In this document: piece after piece, positions 39,283-50,101 of the stretch | How the letters are laid out: every line of letters starts with the position of its first letter | How positions within the stretch are numbered: position 1 is the first letter of the stretch | Assembly: GCA_964356915.1 (NCBI GenBank) | Contig: CAYHJF010000002.1 | Coordinates: forward strand, 148,522 to 212,521 | Length of the DNA: 64,000 nucleotides | Source: an uncultured Candidatus Saccharibacteria bacterium | Lineage (GTDB): Bacteria > Patescibacteriota > Minisyncoccia > Ryanbacterales > GWA2-47-10b | Direction: 5' to 3' | Notes under the pieces: model-generated | Seen by the model: the letters and a program-made list of their open reading frames with translations, nothing else | The model's database searches: none | Told to the model about the DNA's origin: nothing | Translations under genes and position numbers: made by a program

Positions 39283-41301
39283 CTAGATCTCAATTTCCTG
39301 AACTGATTTTTCTTGCACTTTTCCATATCCACATGGTGGCCCCGGATCTGGAACACGCGTCTGATCCGTTGCACTGACAAGACCCGTTGCTGCGTGCCAA
39401 TGAAGTTCACCGCACCCTCCGGGGCCATGGTCTCCCTCCTGAATCAACTGATCAACAGGTAAATATTTTCCGTTATAACTAATTACTTTGATTTTTTTCT
39501 TTCCTACATTGGTACCGCCTGCAGCACCAGTCTCACTACCTCCCGCTGATCCGCCGGACGTGCCCGTACTTCCAGTCGGCGAAGTTACACTTGTTCCAGT
39601 TTTTTTCTCAACATCAGGACATTTCTTTGTACCCAATTGACCATCATTGCCATTTGGTTTGCCCGCCCCACCCTTACCACCATTGCCCGGACCACACCCA
39701 TCTCCACCGTTACCTCCATTACCACCCGTTTCATCTATAACAGTTCCCTCGGCACCATCACCTGAAGTCCCCTTACCACCCTTACCAGCTTTTGCGACCG
39801 CTCCTCCTCCGCCTCCACCATTGCCACCGGTAGGCTTGAGTTCGCACATGCCACCAGCTCCACCATCGCCCCCATGCGCATCAGCATTGCCACCCGCGCC
39901 ACCGTTTGCTACTCCTGTCGCACCAACAAGCTTCACGGATGCATCTCCCCCCAAACCACCGGTTGCCTCTGCGTTACCGCCCTTACCACCAGCACACTTA
40001 CATCCCGTGCCATTACCTCCTTTACCTGGACTTGCAACAGCCTGGCCTCCCCAACCACCATCTACCTGATCAATGGAAACATTTGAAATACCAGCGACCG
40101 AACCAAGTGCTGATAGTTCTTTTTTGTTGTTACCTCCCTTACCTGCGATTGCATTGGCGTCAGCACCCTTTTTCCCAGGACACGCATCTGTGCCATCCTT
40201 ACCATACGCAGTTGCGTTTCCTCCGTTACCTCCAACGCCCGGCACAACATGGAAGGAAACAATTTCAATCGTTCCCTCGGCAGTCATTTTAAAATTACCA
40301 GCCTCTCCTCCATCGCCACCCGTTGCCCGAGCAACTGGGTCACAATCTTTTAGCGTCTCGGCCGTACCTCCCACTCCTCCATCACCAAGCTCGAGACGAA
40401 AATTATTTAAGTGAATGTTGCCTGCCTTCATACGAAAACGAAAAGCATCTTCACCTCGATCACCCTGCACAGCGCACCCCTCTCCAATCGTAGAGCGCCC
40501 CTCACGTCCGTCAGGTCCTACAAGATGAAAATTTTCTAACGCAACATTGCCATCTTGTCCAAAATCAAAATTCAAAACAATTTTTTTAATATCTTGAGGG
40601 ACTCCTGGAATCTCAATGCCTTCTGGAGGAGTCGCCCCATCTCCAATGTGCCATGTACCTCCAATAACAATATTTGGAACACTCTTACCATCTTTATCAC
40701 GAGGCTCTTGTGCATGTGCCTCTGTTATCAAAGAAATTTTGCGCGAGCTATCACCGGATGGAATAACAGCAACCTGTTGAGTAACACCTTCCGCCACAAA
40801 CGGACCAATGCGCGTTCCTTTGCCTTCATTTTTCCCAGTCTCTTCATAGAGCGCGTCAAGGGCTCCTTCGCTCATGACTAGCCGATCGGGTGAAGAAACA
40901 ATCTGGACAGTTCCATTGGCAACAACAACCGCATCATTACCAAATTGGATACCATCAGTTGCTACAAGAGTGATTGCATTACTCGAACGCGTTGCGTCAC
41001 TCATATTCTCTCCGATTCCGCATCCAAGAACGCCATCAACCTTTATCGCGCCATTTACGATAATATTCAGCGGAGTCTCTTTACACACAAGAGCGCCCGT
41101 AATCCTCAGATTACCATTCACCGTCAATCGTCCTCCCTCAACAATCGCTTTTTCTTTCCCCGTGATCTCCTGATCCCCCTCGAGAGTTGCAACGGAAATT
41201 GTTCGAACGATCGTGTATGCGTCTTCCGACCGCGACCGATACCACCAAACACCCCCTCCGATCAATAAAATCATGCACAAACCTAAAATAATTTTTTTCA
41301 T
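39283..41301 (-). CDS. Secreted glycine-rich repeat protein with a beta-helix-like N-terminal region and a Cys-containing C-terminal domain
   Basis: Signal/TM 'MKKIILGLCMILLIGGGVWW'; long GGxGGxG stretches (GGNGGNGG, GGDGGAGG); C-terminal 'GPGGCGELHWH...PPCGYGK'. The proline-rich plus-strand ORFs across this region are antisense artefacts. Confidence 0.55.
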   Translation of the reverse strand: MKKIILGLCMILLIGGGVWWYRSRSEDAYTIVRTISVATLEGDQEITGKEKAIVEGGRLTVNGNLRITGALVCKETPLNIIVNGAIKVDGVLGCGIGENMSDATRSSNAITLVATDGIQFGNDAVVVANGTVQIVSSPDRLVMSEGALDALYEETGKNEGKGTRIGPFVAEGVTQQVAVIPSGDSSRKISLITEAHAQEPRDKDGKSVPNIVIGGTWHIGDGATPPEGIEIPGVPQDIKKIVLNFDFGQDGNVALENFHLVGPDGREGRSTIGEGCAVQGDRGEDAFRFRMKAGNIHLNNFRLELGDGGVGGTAETLKDCDPVARATGGDGGEAGNFKMTAEGTIEIVSFHVVPGVGGNGGNATAYGKDGTDACPGKKGADANAIAGKGGNNKKELSALGSVAGISNVSIDQVDGGWGGQAVASPGKGGNGTGCKCAGGKGGNAEATGGLGGDASVKLVGATGVANGGAGGNADAHGGDGGAGGMCELKPTGGNGGGGGGAVAKAGKGGKGTSGDGAEGTVIDETGGNGGNGGDGCGPGNGGKGGAGKPNGNDGQLGTKKCPDVEKKTGTSVTSPTGSTGTSGGSAGGSETGAAGGTNVGKKKIKVISYNGKYLPVDQLIQEGDHGPGGCGELHWHAATGLVSATDQTRVPDPGPPCGYGKVQEKSVQEIEI

Positions 41302-41457
41302 AAGTATAGTAAAAGCGTAAAAAGTCCTTTCATTTGAGCGTATCAAGCAACCTCATAAAAGTCGAGTACGAAACGATTTTTAGTATATTGTTTGCAAATT
41401 AGCCAAAGCCCGTTAGCATGGGGGCAGATTCCCTAACAAACGGAGGAATATCATACG

Positions 41458-42834
41458 ATGTGCGGGATCGTAGGAATCGCTAACGCAGCTGGAGCGGCAG
41501 AATATACTTATGTTGGACTTCACGCCATCCAACACCGCGCCATTGAATACGCGGGCATGGTAACTACGGATGGCAGTGACGCATTTACTCATCATGGGAC
41601 AGGAGTTGTGCGTCAAGTTTTCAATCAACCAATACTCGATAATCTGCATGGACGTTTTGCTCTCGGACATATCCGCTATGCGACAGTTGAAGACAAGAAT
41701 TCTCATCAACGGAACATCCAACCTCTCATCGCTACTGTTGGAGATTCGTTTGTCGCCATTGCGCACAACGGCAATCTAACAAACGCGGACTCCTTGCGCC
41801 AAGAACTTCTGAATGACGGCGCTCTCTTCGCAACATCACTCGATACAGAGGTTATTCTTCATCGGTTTATGCGTGCATCGGGCACACCGACCGAACGCCT
41901 CATCAAAGCACTCGATGGCGTGCGAGGAAGTTACACTCTCGTTCTTCTTATGCCAGACATGATGATCGCAACTGTCGACCCGTCTGGTAACCGACCTCTA
42001 ATGCTCGGACAAAAAGATGGCGGATACTTTATCGCATCAGAAAGCGCCGCATTCCAGGCGATGGGAGTAACACGCATGCGCGAGATTGAACCACGGGAAA
42101 TTATCGCTATCACAAAAGATACGATCAAGACTTCTTTTCTTCCCGATTGGACGGCAGGAGTACGTCGTCGTTGTCGATTTGAACACGTATACTATGCCCT
42201 ACCATCCAGTATTATGTTCGGCCAAGATGTTGCGAACTTTCGTCTGCGACTTGGCAGAGCGCTCGAACTCACATCCCCCACATTAGACGCAGACTATGTC
42301 TTTGGAGTACCTGATAGCGCAACATTCATCGCCTATGGGTACGGAGCTTCTGGTCGAAGTGGCATCTATGTACCAGGGATCTTACGTAACCATTACGTGG
42401 GACGCACCTTCATTCAAGGTCGCCAAGGTCTTCGCGATACTGGCGTCAGCCGTAAATTCAGCGTTGTGCCAGAATTTGTACGCGGAAAAAAAATAGCTCT
42501 CATTGATGACTCTATCGTTCGACTTACGACAATGCCACGACTTGTCGAACGTCTCAGAGCGCTCGACGCAAAAGAAATTCATGTACGCATCGGCTCTCCT
42601 CAAGTTATCAGCCCGTGTCACTATGGTATCGATACCCCGACTCACAGTGAATTAGCAGCAGCTATGATGTCACTCGATGCCATGAAAACTCGCATCAACT
42701 GCGATTCACTCGAATTTCTTTCGTTAAAAACTCTCCGCTCTTTATCCTCAAAACCCGATGATTACTGCTATGCGTGCTGGACAGGACAATATCCGGCTTG
42801 CATGGAACCACAAGAAAACGCCGCCCCTACCTAA
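41458..42834 (+). CDS. purF: Amidophosphoribosyltransferase
   Basis: N-terminal 'MCGIVGI' Ntn-hydrolase start and strong overall conservation; GGAGG RBS. Confidence 0.9.
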   Translation: MCGIVGIANAAGAAEYTYVGLHAIQHRAIEYAGMVTTDGSDAFTHHGTGVVRQVFNQPILDNLHGRFALGHIRYATVEDKNSHQRNIQPLIATVGDSFVAIAHNGNLTNADSLRQELLNDGALFATSLDTEVILHRFMRASGTPTERLIKALDGVRGSYTLVLLMPDMMIATVDPSGNRPLMLGQKDGGYFIASESAAFQAMGVTRMREIEPREIIAITKDTIKTSFLPDWTAGVRRRCRFEHVYYALPSSIMFGQDVANFRLRLGRALELTSPTLDADYVFGVPDSATFIAYGYGASGRSGIYVPGILRNHYVGRTFIQGRQGLRDTGVSRKFSVVPEFVRGKKIALIDDSIVRLTTMPRLVERLRALDAKEIHVRIGSPQVISPCHYGIDTPTHSELAAAMMSLDAMKTRINCDSLEFLSLKTLRSLSSKPDDYCYACWTGQYPACMEPQENAAPT

Positions 42835-42867
42835 CGGGGCGGTTTTTATATCTTTATATGAAAAAGC

Positions 42868-43293
42868 CTACTCCTGTTTTTTAAGATCAAGCGAGACTGA
42901 GTTAATGCAAAAACGCTTACCAGATGCTGGAGCACCATCGGGCATCTTTGTTGGCCCATCATCAAAAACATGTCCTAAGTGAGCACCACATCGTCCACAC
43001 TGCACTTCAGTTCTCATCATCCCATGTTCATGATCTTCTTCAAATTTTATATGCTCACGATTCACTGGATCAGTAAAACTCGGCCATCCTGTACCTGAAT
43101 CAAATTTTGTCTCAGACGAAAAAAGCTCTTGCCCACACGCGGCACATACATACATGCCTGTATCTTTTGTTTTATAGTATTTGCCAGTAAACGCTCGCTC
43201 CGTCCCCTTTTCGCGCGCAATATGATAAAGCTCTGGCGGTAATTCTTTACGCCACTCTTCTTCTGCTTTCGTAATAATATCTTTTGAATCCAT
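42868..43293 (-). CDS. msrB: Peptide methionine-(R)-S-oxide reductase
   Basis: Two CxxC pairs and '[17 protein letters not shown]'. Confidence 0.85.
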   Translation of the reverse strand: MDSKDIITKAEEEWRKELPPELYHIAREKGTERAFTGKYYKTKDTGMYVCAACGQELFSSETKFDSGTGWPSFTDPVNREHIKFEEDHEHGMMRTEVQCGRCGAHLGHVFDDGPTKMPDGAPASGKRFCINSVSLDLKKQE

Positions 43294-43298
43294 ATCTA

Positions 43299-43955
43299 TT
43301 ATTCTTGTTCTTCTGTTGTTGATACTTTTAATGTAGCCCCCTCTAGTAACTCCTCGAAATGAATATCGAGCGGGCGGAGAAATCGCTCTGGCGTTGCATA
43401 AAACGGACCGCCAAATTTCAAAAAGCCATCATGAATTGGAAACACGATACGCGGTTTTATTTGTTTTGCAAATTCAATCACCTCCGATGTTTTAACCCAT
43501 GGAGCGCAAACCGGCAACGCAAGGGCGATAACTTTTTTCGGAGGCACAAACAATGCGTCTCCTGGATGATATAAAATGGAGTTAATAAGATATCCCGTAT
43601 TAATAACTAAATCAGCACCATCACAGATAAATGCATGGTCCTTACCAAAGCCCTCAATCGGGACTCCCTGTATCTCAACTCGCTCTCCATCTTCTACAAT
43701 TTCACATGAGACCCCGGCAGAATGTAAGATCGCCCCAACTCCTTTATTACATATGACTCGAACCATCGGATTGCGCTCCCGTACTTTTTCAAGCGAGTCA
43801 AGATCTAAGTGATCAGGATGTTCATGCGTAACAATCACCGCATGAATATTCTCTACGTCATTTTGAGCTGCCGAGTAACGCCCTGGGTCAGTCATGATTC
43901 GAATACCACCAGTTTCAACTACAAGGCAACTATGCCCAATCTTTGTTACACGCAT
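43299..43955 (-). CDS. MBL-fold metallo-hydrolase
   Basis: '[12 protein letters not shown]' motif; start taken at MRVTKIGHS. Confidence 0.7.
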   Translation of the reverse strand: MRVTKIGHSCLVVETGGIRIMTDPGRYSAAQNDVENIHAVIVTHEHPDHLDLDSLEKVRERNPMVRVICNKGVGAILHSAGVSCEIVEDGERVEIQGVPIEGFGKDHAFICDGADLVINTGYLINSILYHPGDALFVPPKKVIALALPVCAPWVKTSEVIEFAKQIKPRIVFPIHDGFLKFGGPFYATPERFLRPLDIHFEELLEGATLKVSTTEEQE

Positions 43956-44004
43956 ACCTATGAGTATATCGTTTCTTTGGAAAAATAAAAAAGGCCCCAA
44001 AAAT

Positions 44005-44409
44005 TTATGGAGCCGTAGCAGACTGAGCACCCTTGGGGCGCTGAAGACGTTCGCTCGCTCGACGAGCTACCTTCTTATTGTGTGTCAGAAACTTTGGAGC
44101 AAGGCGTGGGTAACGCTCTCCATCACATTTTCTAAGTATTTCAAACTGAATCTGGGCATGACCACGAGAATGAAGAAATGCCTGCACATCACCAAACGTA
44201 CACAACCAAAGATTGCGAGGGATGCCATCGGCACACCGCACCCCCTCCTCGGCAATGTCCGTCTTCCCAGCGAGGAATACTGCAATTACTTCATTCGTAT
44301 GAGCATTATTATATCTTGCAGCAATATACCACTGGCAATGACGAGCTCGACGCCTCTTCGAATTCTTTAGTACGTCTACCACCGCAGACCTCCGAAAGCC
44401 ATAATACAA
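44005..44409 (-). CDS. Hypothetical protein (134 aa)
   Basis: ORF only; weak, unconvincing resemblance to small DNA-repair proteins. Confidence 0.3.
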   Translation of the reverse strand: MYYGFRRSAVVDVLKNSKRRRARHCQWYIAARYNNAHTNEVIAVFLAGKTDIAEEGVRCADGIPRNLWLCTFGDVQAFLHSRGHAQIQFEILRKCDGERYPRLAPKFLTHNKKVARRASERLQRPKGAQSATAP

Positions 44410-44452
44410 TATTTTTATAAAAAATCAAGCCTACTCGCGCACCTTGCCGACC

Positions 44453-45490
44453 CTATCGAACCAACATCCCATCCCCAAAAGAAAATAATCGAAACTTTGC
44501 TTTTATAGCCATTTGATAAAGCTCCAAAAGTTTTTTACGCCCCACAAATGCCGAAACGAGCATCATCAAACTAGAACGCGGCACATGAAAATTAGTAACG
44601 AGTGCGTCAACAAAGCGCATCTTGTCATGCTCCCGAATAAACATGCGAGTTGTACCTGATAACTTTGTAATATTCCCTCGCGCGTCTGTCGCCGATTCAA
44701 GCGTACGCGTAACTGTCGTTCCAATGGCAACAATCTGTCTTTTAGATTTTTTTGCTTCATTTAGTCGTTTTTGTGTCCTTGCCTCTATATAAAAATATTC
44801 TCCGTGTAACTCTCCTTTGTGCCACTGCTCTTCTGTAAGTGACGCGAACGTCCCACGTCCCACATGGAGCGTTACATATTCAATATGAAAACCTTGACGT
44901 TTCAAACGAGCAATAAGACGTTTTGTAAAATGGAGAGATGCCGTGGGCGCCGCAACTGATCCCTTTGTTTCTGCAAAAACCGTCTGATACTCACTCTTTA
45001 ACTCGCGCCCTGACAGCGGTGACTGCTTAATATAAGGCGGAATGGGCATCGTTCCATGCTTCTCAAAAAATGGGATGACTCGCAAAGCGGTCATACGAAA
45101 CTCAAATACCCATTCACCTCCTTCACGCGCCTTTACTTGAGCAATGTATTTCTTTTTGAAAAAAAGTTTTGAGCCGAGGACAAGCGGGCGATCCGCGAGA
45201 CATCGGACACGTGGGCCTTGATGAGAAAGATATACTATCTTCACTCGTCCTCCTGTTTCTTTTTGTAACTCCAGTCGCGCGGGAATAACTTTTGTCTTAT
45301 TAAAAACAAGCACCGCATGCTTTGGAAGGTATGCGTCAAGATGAGCAAACGTGTCTAAAGAAACCGCGCCTGTCGCACGATTAAAAACTAAGAGCCGTGC
45401 GCTATCGCGTGGACGCGCAGGCTTTTGTGCGATAAGTTCTGAGGGTACTAAATAATTAAAACGCGCAATCTCACGCCGAAACGCGTTCAT
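44453..45490 (-). CDS. queA: S-adenosylmethionine:tRNA ribosyltransferase-isomerase
   Basis: 'FNYLVPSELIAQKPARPRDSARLLV' N-terminus and overall conservation. Confidence 0.85.
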   Translation of the reverse strand: MNAFRREIARFNYLVPSELIAQKPARPRDSARLLVFNRATGAVSLDTFAHLDAYLPKHAVLVFNKTKVIPARLELQKETGGRVKIVYLSHQGPRVRCLADRPLVLGSKLFFKKKYIAQVKAREGGEWVFEFRMTALRVIPFFEKHGTMPIPPYIKQSPLSGRELKSEYQTVFAETKGSVAAPTASLHFTKRLIARLKRQGFHIEYVTLHVGRGTFASLTEEQWHKGELHGEYFYIEARTQKRLNEAKKSKRQIVAIGTTVTRTLESATDARGNITKLSGTTRMFIREHDKMRFVDALVTNFHVPRSSLMMLVSAFVGRKKLLELYQMAIKAKFRLFSFGDGMLVR

Positions 45491-45494
45491 CGTA

Positions 45495-46901
45495 CTACAC
45501 TCGACCGATAAAAATAAGATTCGTACTGCCTCTCGTTCCAAACGGGACTCCCGCACTCACGACAAACAGCTCCCCCTTCTTAAGTCCTTGGGTCACCGCA
45601 ACACGATGCGCGAGCGGCATTGCTTCATCGAATGTCTTAATGGGTTTTTCAAGAAACGTTGTCACTCCCCACGTAACAGAAAGTTGATGAAGTGTCGCAA
45701 CACTCGTTGTTAGTGCAGTAATCGGCTGCTGATGTCGATGCCGAGAAATGCGACGCGCAGTTGAACCGGTTTCCGTAAATACAATGATGAGTTTTGCAGC
45801 CACTTGATCGGCGATACTACATGCGGAGGCAGCGACCGCATCAGCGGTGTGATTGTTGTCAGAAAAAATCCTTCGTACAATTTTTGGTGTCGAAGTTTTT
45901 ATAATATCCGCCATCGTACGTACTGCCTCTTCAGGGAATTTTCCTGCGGCAGTTTCACCGGAAAGCATAACGGCATCAGAACCATCCAAAATTGCTTTTG
46001 TAACGTCTGTTACTTCAGCGCGTGTTGGTAAGGGATTATGGATCATAGACTCAAGCATTTGCGTTGCCGTAATAACAGGTTTTGCATGCGCCATACATTT
46101 TATGATCAATTCTTTTTGAATAAATGGAATCTCTGGCATAGGAACGGAAAGTCCAAGATCGCCTCGCGCGATCATAAGACCATCGGCAGCCTCTAAGATG
46201 CCATCCACTTCTCGCACAGCATCAGCTGTCTCAATCTTTGCGATAACCTGAGGACGAGAACCATTTTTTGGCAATAACACTTTCACTGCTTCGATATCTC
46301 GAGCATCTTGTACAAATGAAACTGCAAGAAAATCTGCACCAAGTTTCACCATCGCCTTAATATCTGTCTTATCTTTTTGGGAAAGCTGAAAACGTCCCAT
46401 ACTCAAACCTTGGACGGAAAAACCCTTCCGCGATTTCAGAAGACCTCCGATAAGTACCCGAGCCTTCACGCCCTCTTTTGTCTTTTCAAGAACCTGAAAT
46501 TTCAAGAGTCCATCGTCAAGGTAAATTTCCATACCCTTCTCAAGACGCTTTAGTATATCAGGAAAATTAAGGTTGATGCCTCCATCAAGAGTTCCATTTA
46601 CCTTTTTAGAGACCAGACTTACCGTTTGACCACTATGCAATTCGAGCGGTGGCTCAACCATCCCGATACGAATTTTTGGTCCCGCAAGATCCCCAAGCAC
46701 AGCGAGTTGAGTATTCAGTTCTTTTCCAACACTACGAATCCATGCGATCGTCTGAACGCATTCCTCCTCAGTGCGATGCGACAAATTAAGCCGAAAAACA
46801 TTAACGCCCGCTTGCGCGAGCTTTTTTATCATGATTTTATTGTCACTCGCCGGTCCCAGCGTTGCGACAATCTTAACCTGCTTTCGCATCATGAACGCCA
46901 T
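45495..46901 (-). CDS. pyk: Pyruvate kinase
   Basis: 'KIVATLGPAS' N-terminus and a conserved catalytic core. Confidence 0.9.
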   Translation of the reverse strand: MAFMMRKQVKIVATLGPASDNKIMIKKLAQAGVNVFRLNLSHRTEEECVQTIAWIRSVGKELNTQLAVLGDLAGPKIRIGMVEPPLELHSGQTVSLVSKKVNGTLDGGINLNFPDILKRLEKGMEIYLDDGLLKFQVLEKTKEGVKARVLIGGLLKSRKGFSVQGLSMGRFQLSQKDKTDIKAMVKLGADFLAVSFVQDARDIEAVKVLLPKNGSRPQVIAKIETADAVREVDGILEAADGLMIARGDLGLSVPMPEIPFIQKELIIKCMAHAKPVITATQMLESMIHNPLPTRAEVTDVTKAILDGSDAVMLSGETAAGKFPEEAVRTMADIIKTSTPKIVRRIFSDNNHTADAVAASACSIADQVAAKLIIVFTETGSTARRISRHRHQQPITALTTSVATLHQLSVTWGVTTFLEKPIKTFDEAMPLAHRVAVTQGLKKGELFVVSAGVPFGTRGSTNLIFIGRV

Positions 46902-46924
46902 TATCCCACACGATCTTTAATCTA

Positions 46925-47569
46925 TCAAGACATCACCTCAATGGCACGCGCGATATCACGAAAAATTTTATATACATCTTTTACTGTCTGGGCAATTTTT
47001 TCAAAATCACTCTTTACTGAAGCGGTCGGATGTTCTATACGCCCAATACGCGCAACATTTGCATGTGCATCCTTCAATAGCATCTCCGCGGAGTGAAGTT
47101 TTTGTTTAAGCGCGAGAACATCGCGTCCCTCGCTCGCACGCGCATCGAGCGCTTGAGCAATCTGCTCTCTACGAGCATCTGCAACGACAAGCGTATGCTG
47201 TTCAATGGTCTCCACGAGCTCTCTTACAATTTCTTTTCGAATACGTGCGTATTCGCCCACTCGATACTCGCGAAGCTCACTAGTAATATCTTTGATATCC
47301 TGATCTGAGGTAGCGGCCTCTGCTTTTATACGAACTGCGTCCAATACTTTCGCATCGATGCTCGACTCTTCATTAAATCGCTCCCGATTTTTCTTAAATG
47401 CTTCTATCTGCTTATGCAACGCGCCAATGGCTTTCATGAGTGACTCGTGCCGTATACTAGAATTCTTCACCGGCCGTATACTTGGCATTTCGGCAGCATA
47501 TATATTCCCGGCACCACACAATAAAAATGCGGCAACGATATATATTTTAATTTTAGTGTTTCGTTTCAT
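46925..47569 (-). CDS. Secreted coiled-coil protein, last gene of the ECF sigma operon
   Basis: Signal peptide followed by heptad-rich sequence. Confidence 0.4.
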   Translation of the reverse strand: MKRNTKIKIYIVAAFLLCGAGNIYAAEMPSIRPVKNSSIRHESLMKAIGALHKQIEAFKKNRERFNEESSIDAKVLDAVRIKAEAATSDQDIKDITSELREYRVGEYARIRKEIVRELVETIEQHTLVVADARREQIAQALDARASEGRDVLALKQKLHSAEMLLKDAHANVARIGRIEHPTASVKSDFEKIAQTVKDVYKIFRDIARAIEVMS

Positions 47570-48111
47570 TACTGTAACTCTCCAAACGCAGCATCGATCG
47601 CCCCTTCATCGAGTAAATCGGTGAGGTCAAGACTAAAATCAATGGCCACTTCTTCTTCATCGATCGTAGCAACGGAAAGATTTTCAGCAGTCAATGGTGC
47701 TACCTTCATCATCATAGTGCCGCCGCCTGTCGGCACACTAAGACTCTCAAATGAAGGTGGCATCTGATTTTCTAGCCCATCCACTGAAACTGACGACTCA
47801 CTTGATTCATTCTTTATATCTCTTTTTTGAGGTTGCACCGATCCCTTTGGAAACATCACGGCAACTAAAGCTACTGCCAATATACTTACCGGTAATGCAA
47901 ATCGCCATGAAAACGCGCTTCCATGAACGTGTGAATATTTGAAAGAAGAAATTACCTTTTTTGCCAATGATCGAGTAGGCAAGTGAGACTGAAGAACGTA
48001 TATCGTATCAAAATACTCTTTTGTCTCTGGATACTGACGCACGACATCCTCAATAGAACTCCCTTCATCAAAGAGTTTTAATGCCGCTTCAAGTTTTATA
48101 TCCTCATTCAT
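47569..48111 (-). CDS. Putative anti-sigma factor (single-pass membrane protein)
   Basis: Sits directly downstream of, and overlapping, the ECF sigma gene; a central TM helix. Confidence 0.4.
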   Translation of the reverse strand: MNEDIKLEAALKLFDEGSSIEDVVRQYPETKEYFDTIYVLQSHLPTRSLAKKVISSFKYSHVHGSAFSWRFALPVSILAVALVAVMFPKGSVQPQKRDIKNESSESSVSVDGLENQMPPSFESLSVPTGGGTMMMKVAPLTAENLSVATIDEEEVAIDFSLDLTDLLDEGAIDAAFGELQ

Positions 48112-48671
48112 AGTAATTTTGATTCTTTCAATTGTACGCGTAAAACCTTGAGCGCTCGGCTTTGCATCTGACGTACCGCATCTTCTGATTGTCCTGTAGA
48201 ACGCGCGACTTCTTTTGAAGACTTCCCTTCAATGAAGCGGAGGCGCACAATTTCTCGCTGTGCTTCTGGCAACAAAAGAAGTGCTCTCTCAACAAGTCTC
48301 ACATGCTCCATATGTTCAGCGTATGCTTTTGGGCCCGAGCTATCATCTGCGGCAAAATCCTCAAGCATCTCGGGTTCATCGGGGATAATATCTTTTTTCT
48401 TTTTATAATGATCAATCGTTGAATTACGAGCAATGCGATATAGCCACGCAGAGAAAGGCATGCCACGATTCTCATATCGTCCGAGTGCTTTCCACGCCTT
48501 CACGAATACTGACTGAGTGATATCTTCTGCATCATGTCGATTGCGAACACGTACAAATACGTATCGAAAAATTGGAGCAACGAATGAGCTATAGAGCTCT
48601 CCGAATGCATCCTCATCCCCGGCTTGCGCCCGCTCAACAAGGGTGATTACTGTCTCGTCAGTATGTGCCAT
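48108..48671 (-). CDS. ECF-type RNA polymerase sigma-70 family factor
   Basis: Sigma-2 region 'DAEDITQSVFVKAWKAL' and sigma-4 'EAQREIVRLRFIEGKSSKEVA'. Confidence 0.75.
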   Translation of the reverse strand: MAHTDETVITLVERAQAGDEDAFGELYSSFVAPIFRYVFVRVRNRHDAEDITQSVFVKAWKALGRYENRGMPFSAWLYRIARNSTIDHYKKKKDIIPDEPEMLEDFAADDSSGPKAYAEHMEHVRLVERALLLLPEAQREIVRLRFIEGKSSKEVARSTGQSEDAVRQMQSRALKVLRVQLKESKLL

Positions 48672-48684
48672 AGATAATAACGAT

Positions 48685-49389
48685 TTAACTTTGTGAATGT
48701 GACACGAGATATGTAGCAATAATTGCCGCCGTTTCAGCGCGAAGCGTCAGCACGCCAAGGCCTGTTTCGCGAACATCATACTCGCGAGCTTGAATGAGCT
48801 CCTCCTCAGCCCATCCTCCTTCCGGCCCAATAAAAAGCCCCGCCGACACAATAGATCCCTGAGCAATCAAGGGAGGTGCCCCGATATTAAAAAAAAGACA
48901 GATATCATGATCCCGCGACGCAGCTACTAACGCTTCATTAAAAATTATTGGTTCACGAATTTCAGGGACTACGCCACGACCCGATTGCTCTGCAGCCTCT
49001 CGCGCGATCACCCGCAATCGATCAAGCTTCAATGCCTGCTTTACCGTGCGCTGCGTAAGTACGGGAACAATACACGCCACGCCCGCCTCAGTTGTTTTCT
49101 CGACTGCAAAATCAACATGCTCTCGCTTCAGTATAGCAAGATATAATGTCGTCCGAAGTCGAGGCTCTCTTGTGTTATGAATGCGCTCTTGTATGCGTGC
49201 TGTAAGAGCTGTTTTACTGACCAAAACAATAGAAACAATAACCTCATCAAGCGTACCGTTTGCAAGAATGATAGTATCTCCAACACCAAGCCTCAGAACT
49301 CTTATTATCTGATGAATCAACTTGGCATCCGTGAGGATAACCTCACTGCCTTCAAATGAATTTTGAACAAAGAAACGATGAAGCCTCAT
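48685..49389 (-). CDS. rsmE: 16S rRNA (uracil1498-N3)-methyltransferase
   Basis: PUA-like N-terminus, 'GPEGGW' and SPOUT-family features. Confidence 0.75.
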   Translation of the reverse strand: MRLHRFFVQNSFEGSEVILTDAKLIHQIIRVLRLGVGDTIILANGTLDEVIVSIVLVSKTALTARIQERIHNTREPRLRTTLYLAILKREHVDFAVEKTTEAGVACIVPVLTQRTVKQALKLDRLRVIAREAAEQSGRGVVPEIREPIIFNEALVAASRDHDICLFFNIGAPPLIAQGSIVSAGLFIGPEGGWAEEELIQAREYDVRETGLGVLTLRAETAAIIATYLVSHSQS

Positions 49390-49702
49390 ATATGACTAGT
49401 ATACCGTAAACGACAACGCCCCTTGAAAGGGGCGCCAAAAACTAAGGAAACCAAACCTGACTACTCAAAAAATCTGACGTTGATGAAAAACATCCACACG
49501 ATACTGCTGGCGACAAGCCCTGCAAGAAAACCTGAAAGTGAAGAAGCGACAACGCTTCCAAGCTTAAATTTGTAATCGCGACTTTCGTGCGATACGAAAT
49601 CTCGTACGAGTTGATCCATAGTTGGAAAATGATGATTTATGAAGTTTGAGGCGACTTTCTATTATTGTATCACGATTTATCCTCACAAGCAGGTACTAAG
49701 GC

Positions 49703-50026
49703 CTAATCTGTGGACAATGTAACCCATCGTTCCAATTCCTCTCTATTTTCAAGTACATCCAAGGGCACTTCATAATATGACTTGAGCACTTGCGACGAAC
49801 GCGGACTAAATGGCTTCATGCCAGCAGCAAGATAATAGCCCCTCGTCCTCTCACTAACTTTCATGTAAAACCTCCCTTTTGAAATAATTCCGAAAAACTT
49901 TGCACCATGATACAATCCCCACCCACCAAACATTCGCCGTGCCCAAATGCCGGACAAATTCGATAATTGCTCAAGCACGTATATCTGAAACTCATCGCTC
50001 TGAATCGTTATTTTCTTCTTAATCAT
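49703..50026 (-). CDS. TfoX N-terminal domain protein
   Basis: 'MFGGWGLYHGAKFFGII..GRFYMK' matches the TfoX_N pattern. Confidence 0.55.
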   Translation of the reverse strand: MIKKKITIQSDEFQIYVLEQLSNLSGIWARRMFGGWGLYHGAKFFGIISKGRFYMKVSERTRGYYLAAGMKPFSPRSSQVLKSYYEVPLDVLENREELERWVTLSTD

Positions 50027-50101
50027 ACTCGTACGCCTAATATGTCCCTTGATAAACTTATTCTATCCCTCTGTACGCAGCGATGCTATACTAGTACTGA
50101 C

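Noticed and set aside
39647-40414. Proline-rich plus-strand ORFs (39647..40069, 39906..40292, 40073..40414)
   Set aside because: Antisense of the Gly-rich repeat gene: GGN codons read as NCC, giving proline.
49413-49620. Possible 51-aa small membrane ORF (minus strand, ATG at 49619) and a GCCCCTT/AAGGGGC hairpin upstream of rsmE
   Set aside because: No recognisable RBS and no T-run after the hairpin. Kept as an observation only, not called.
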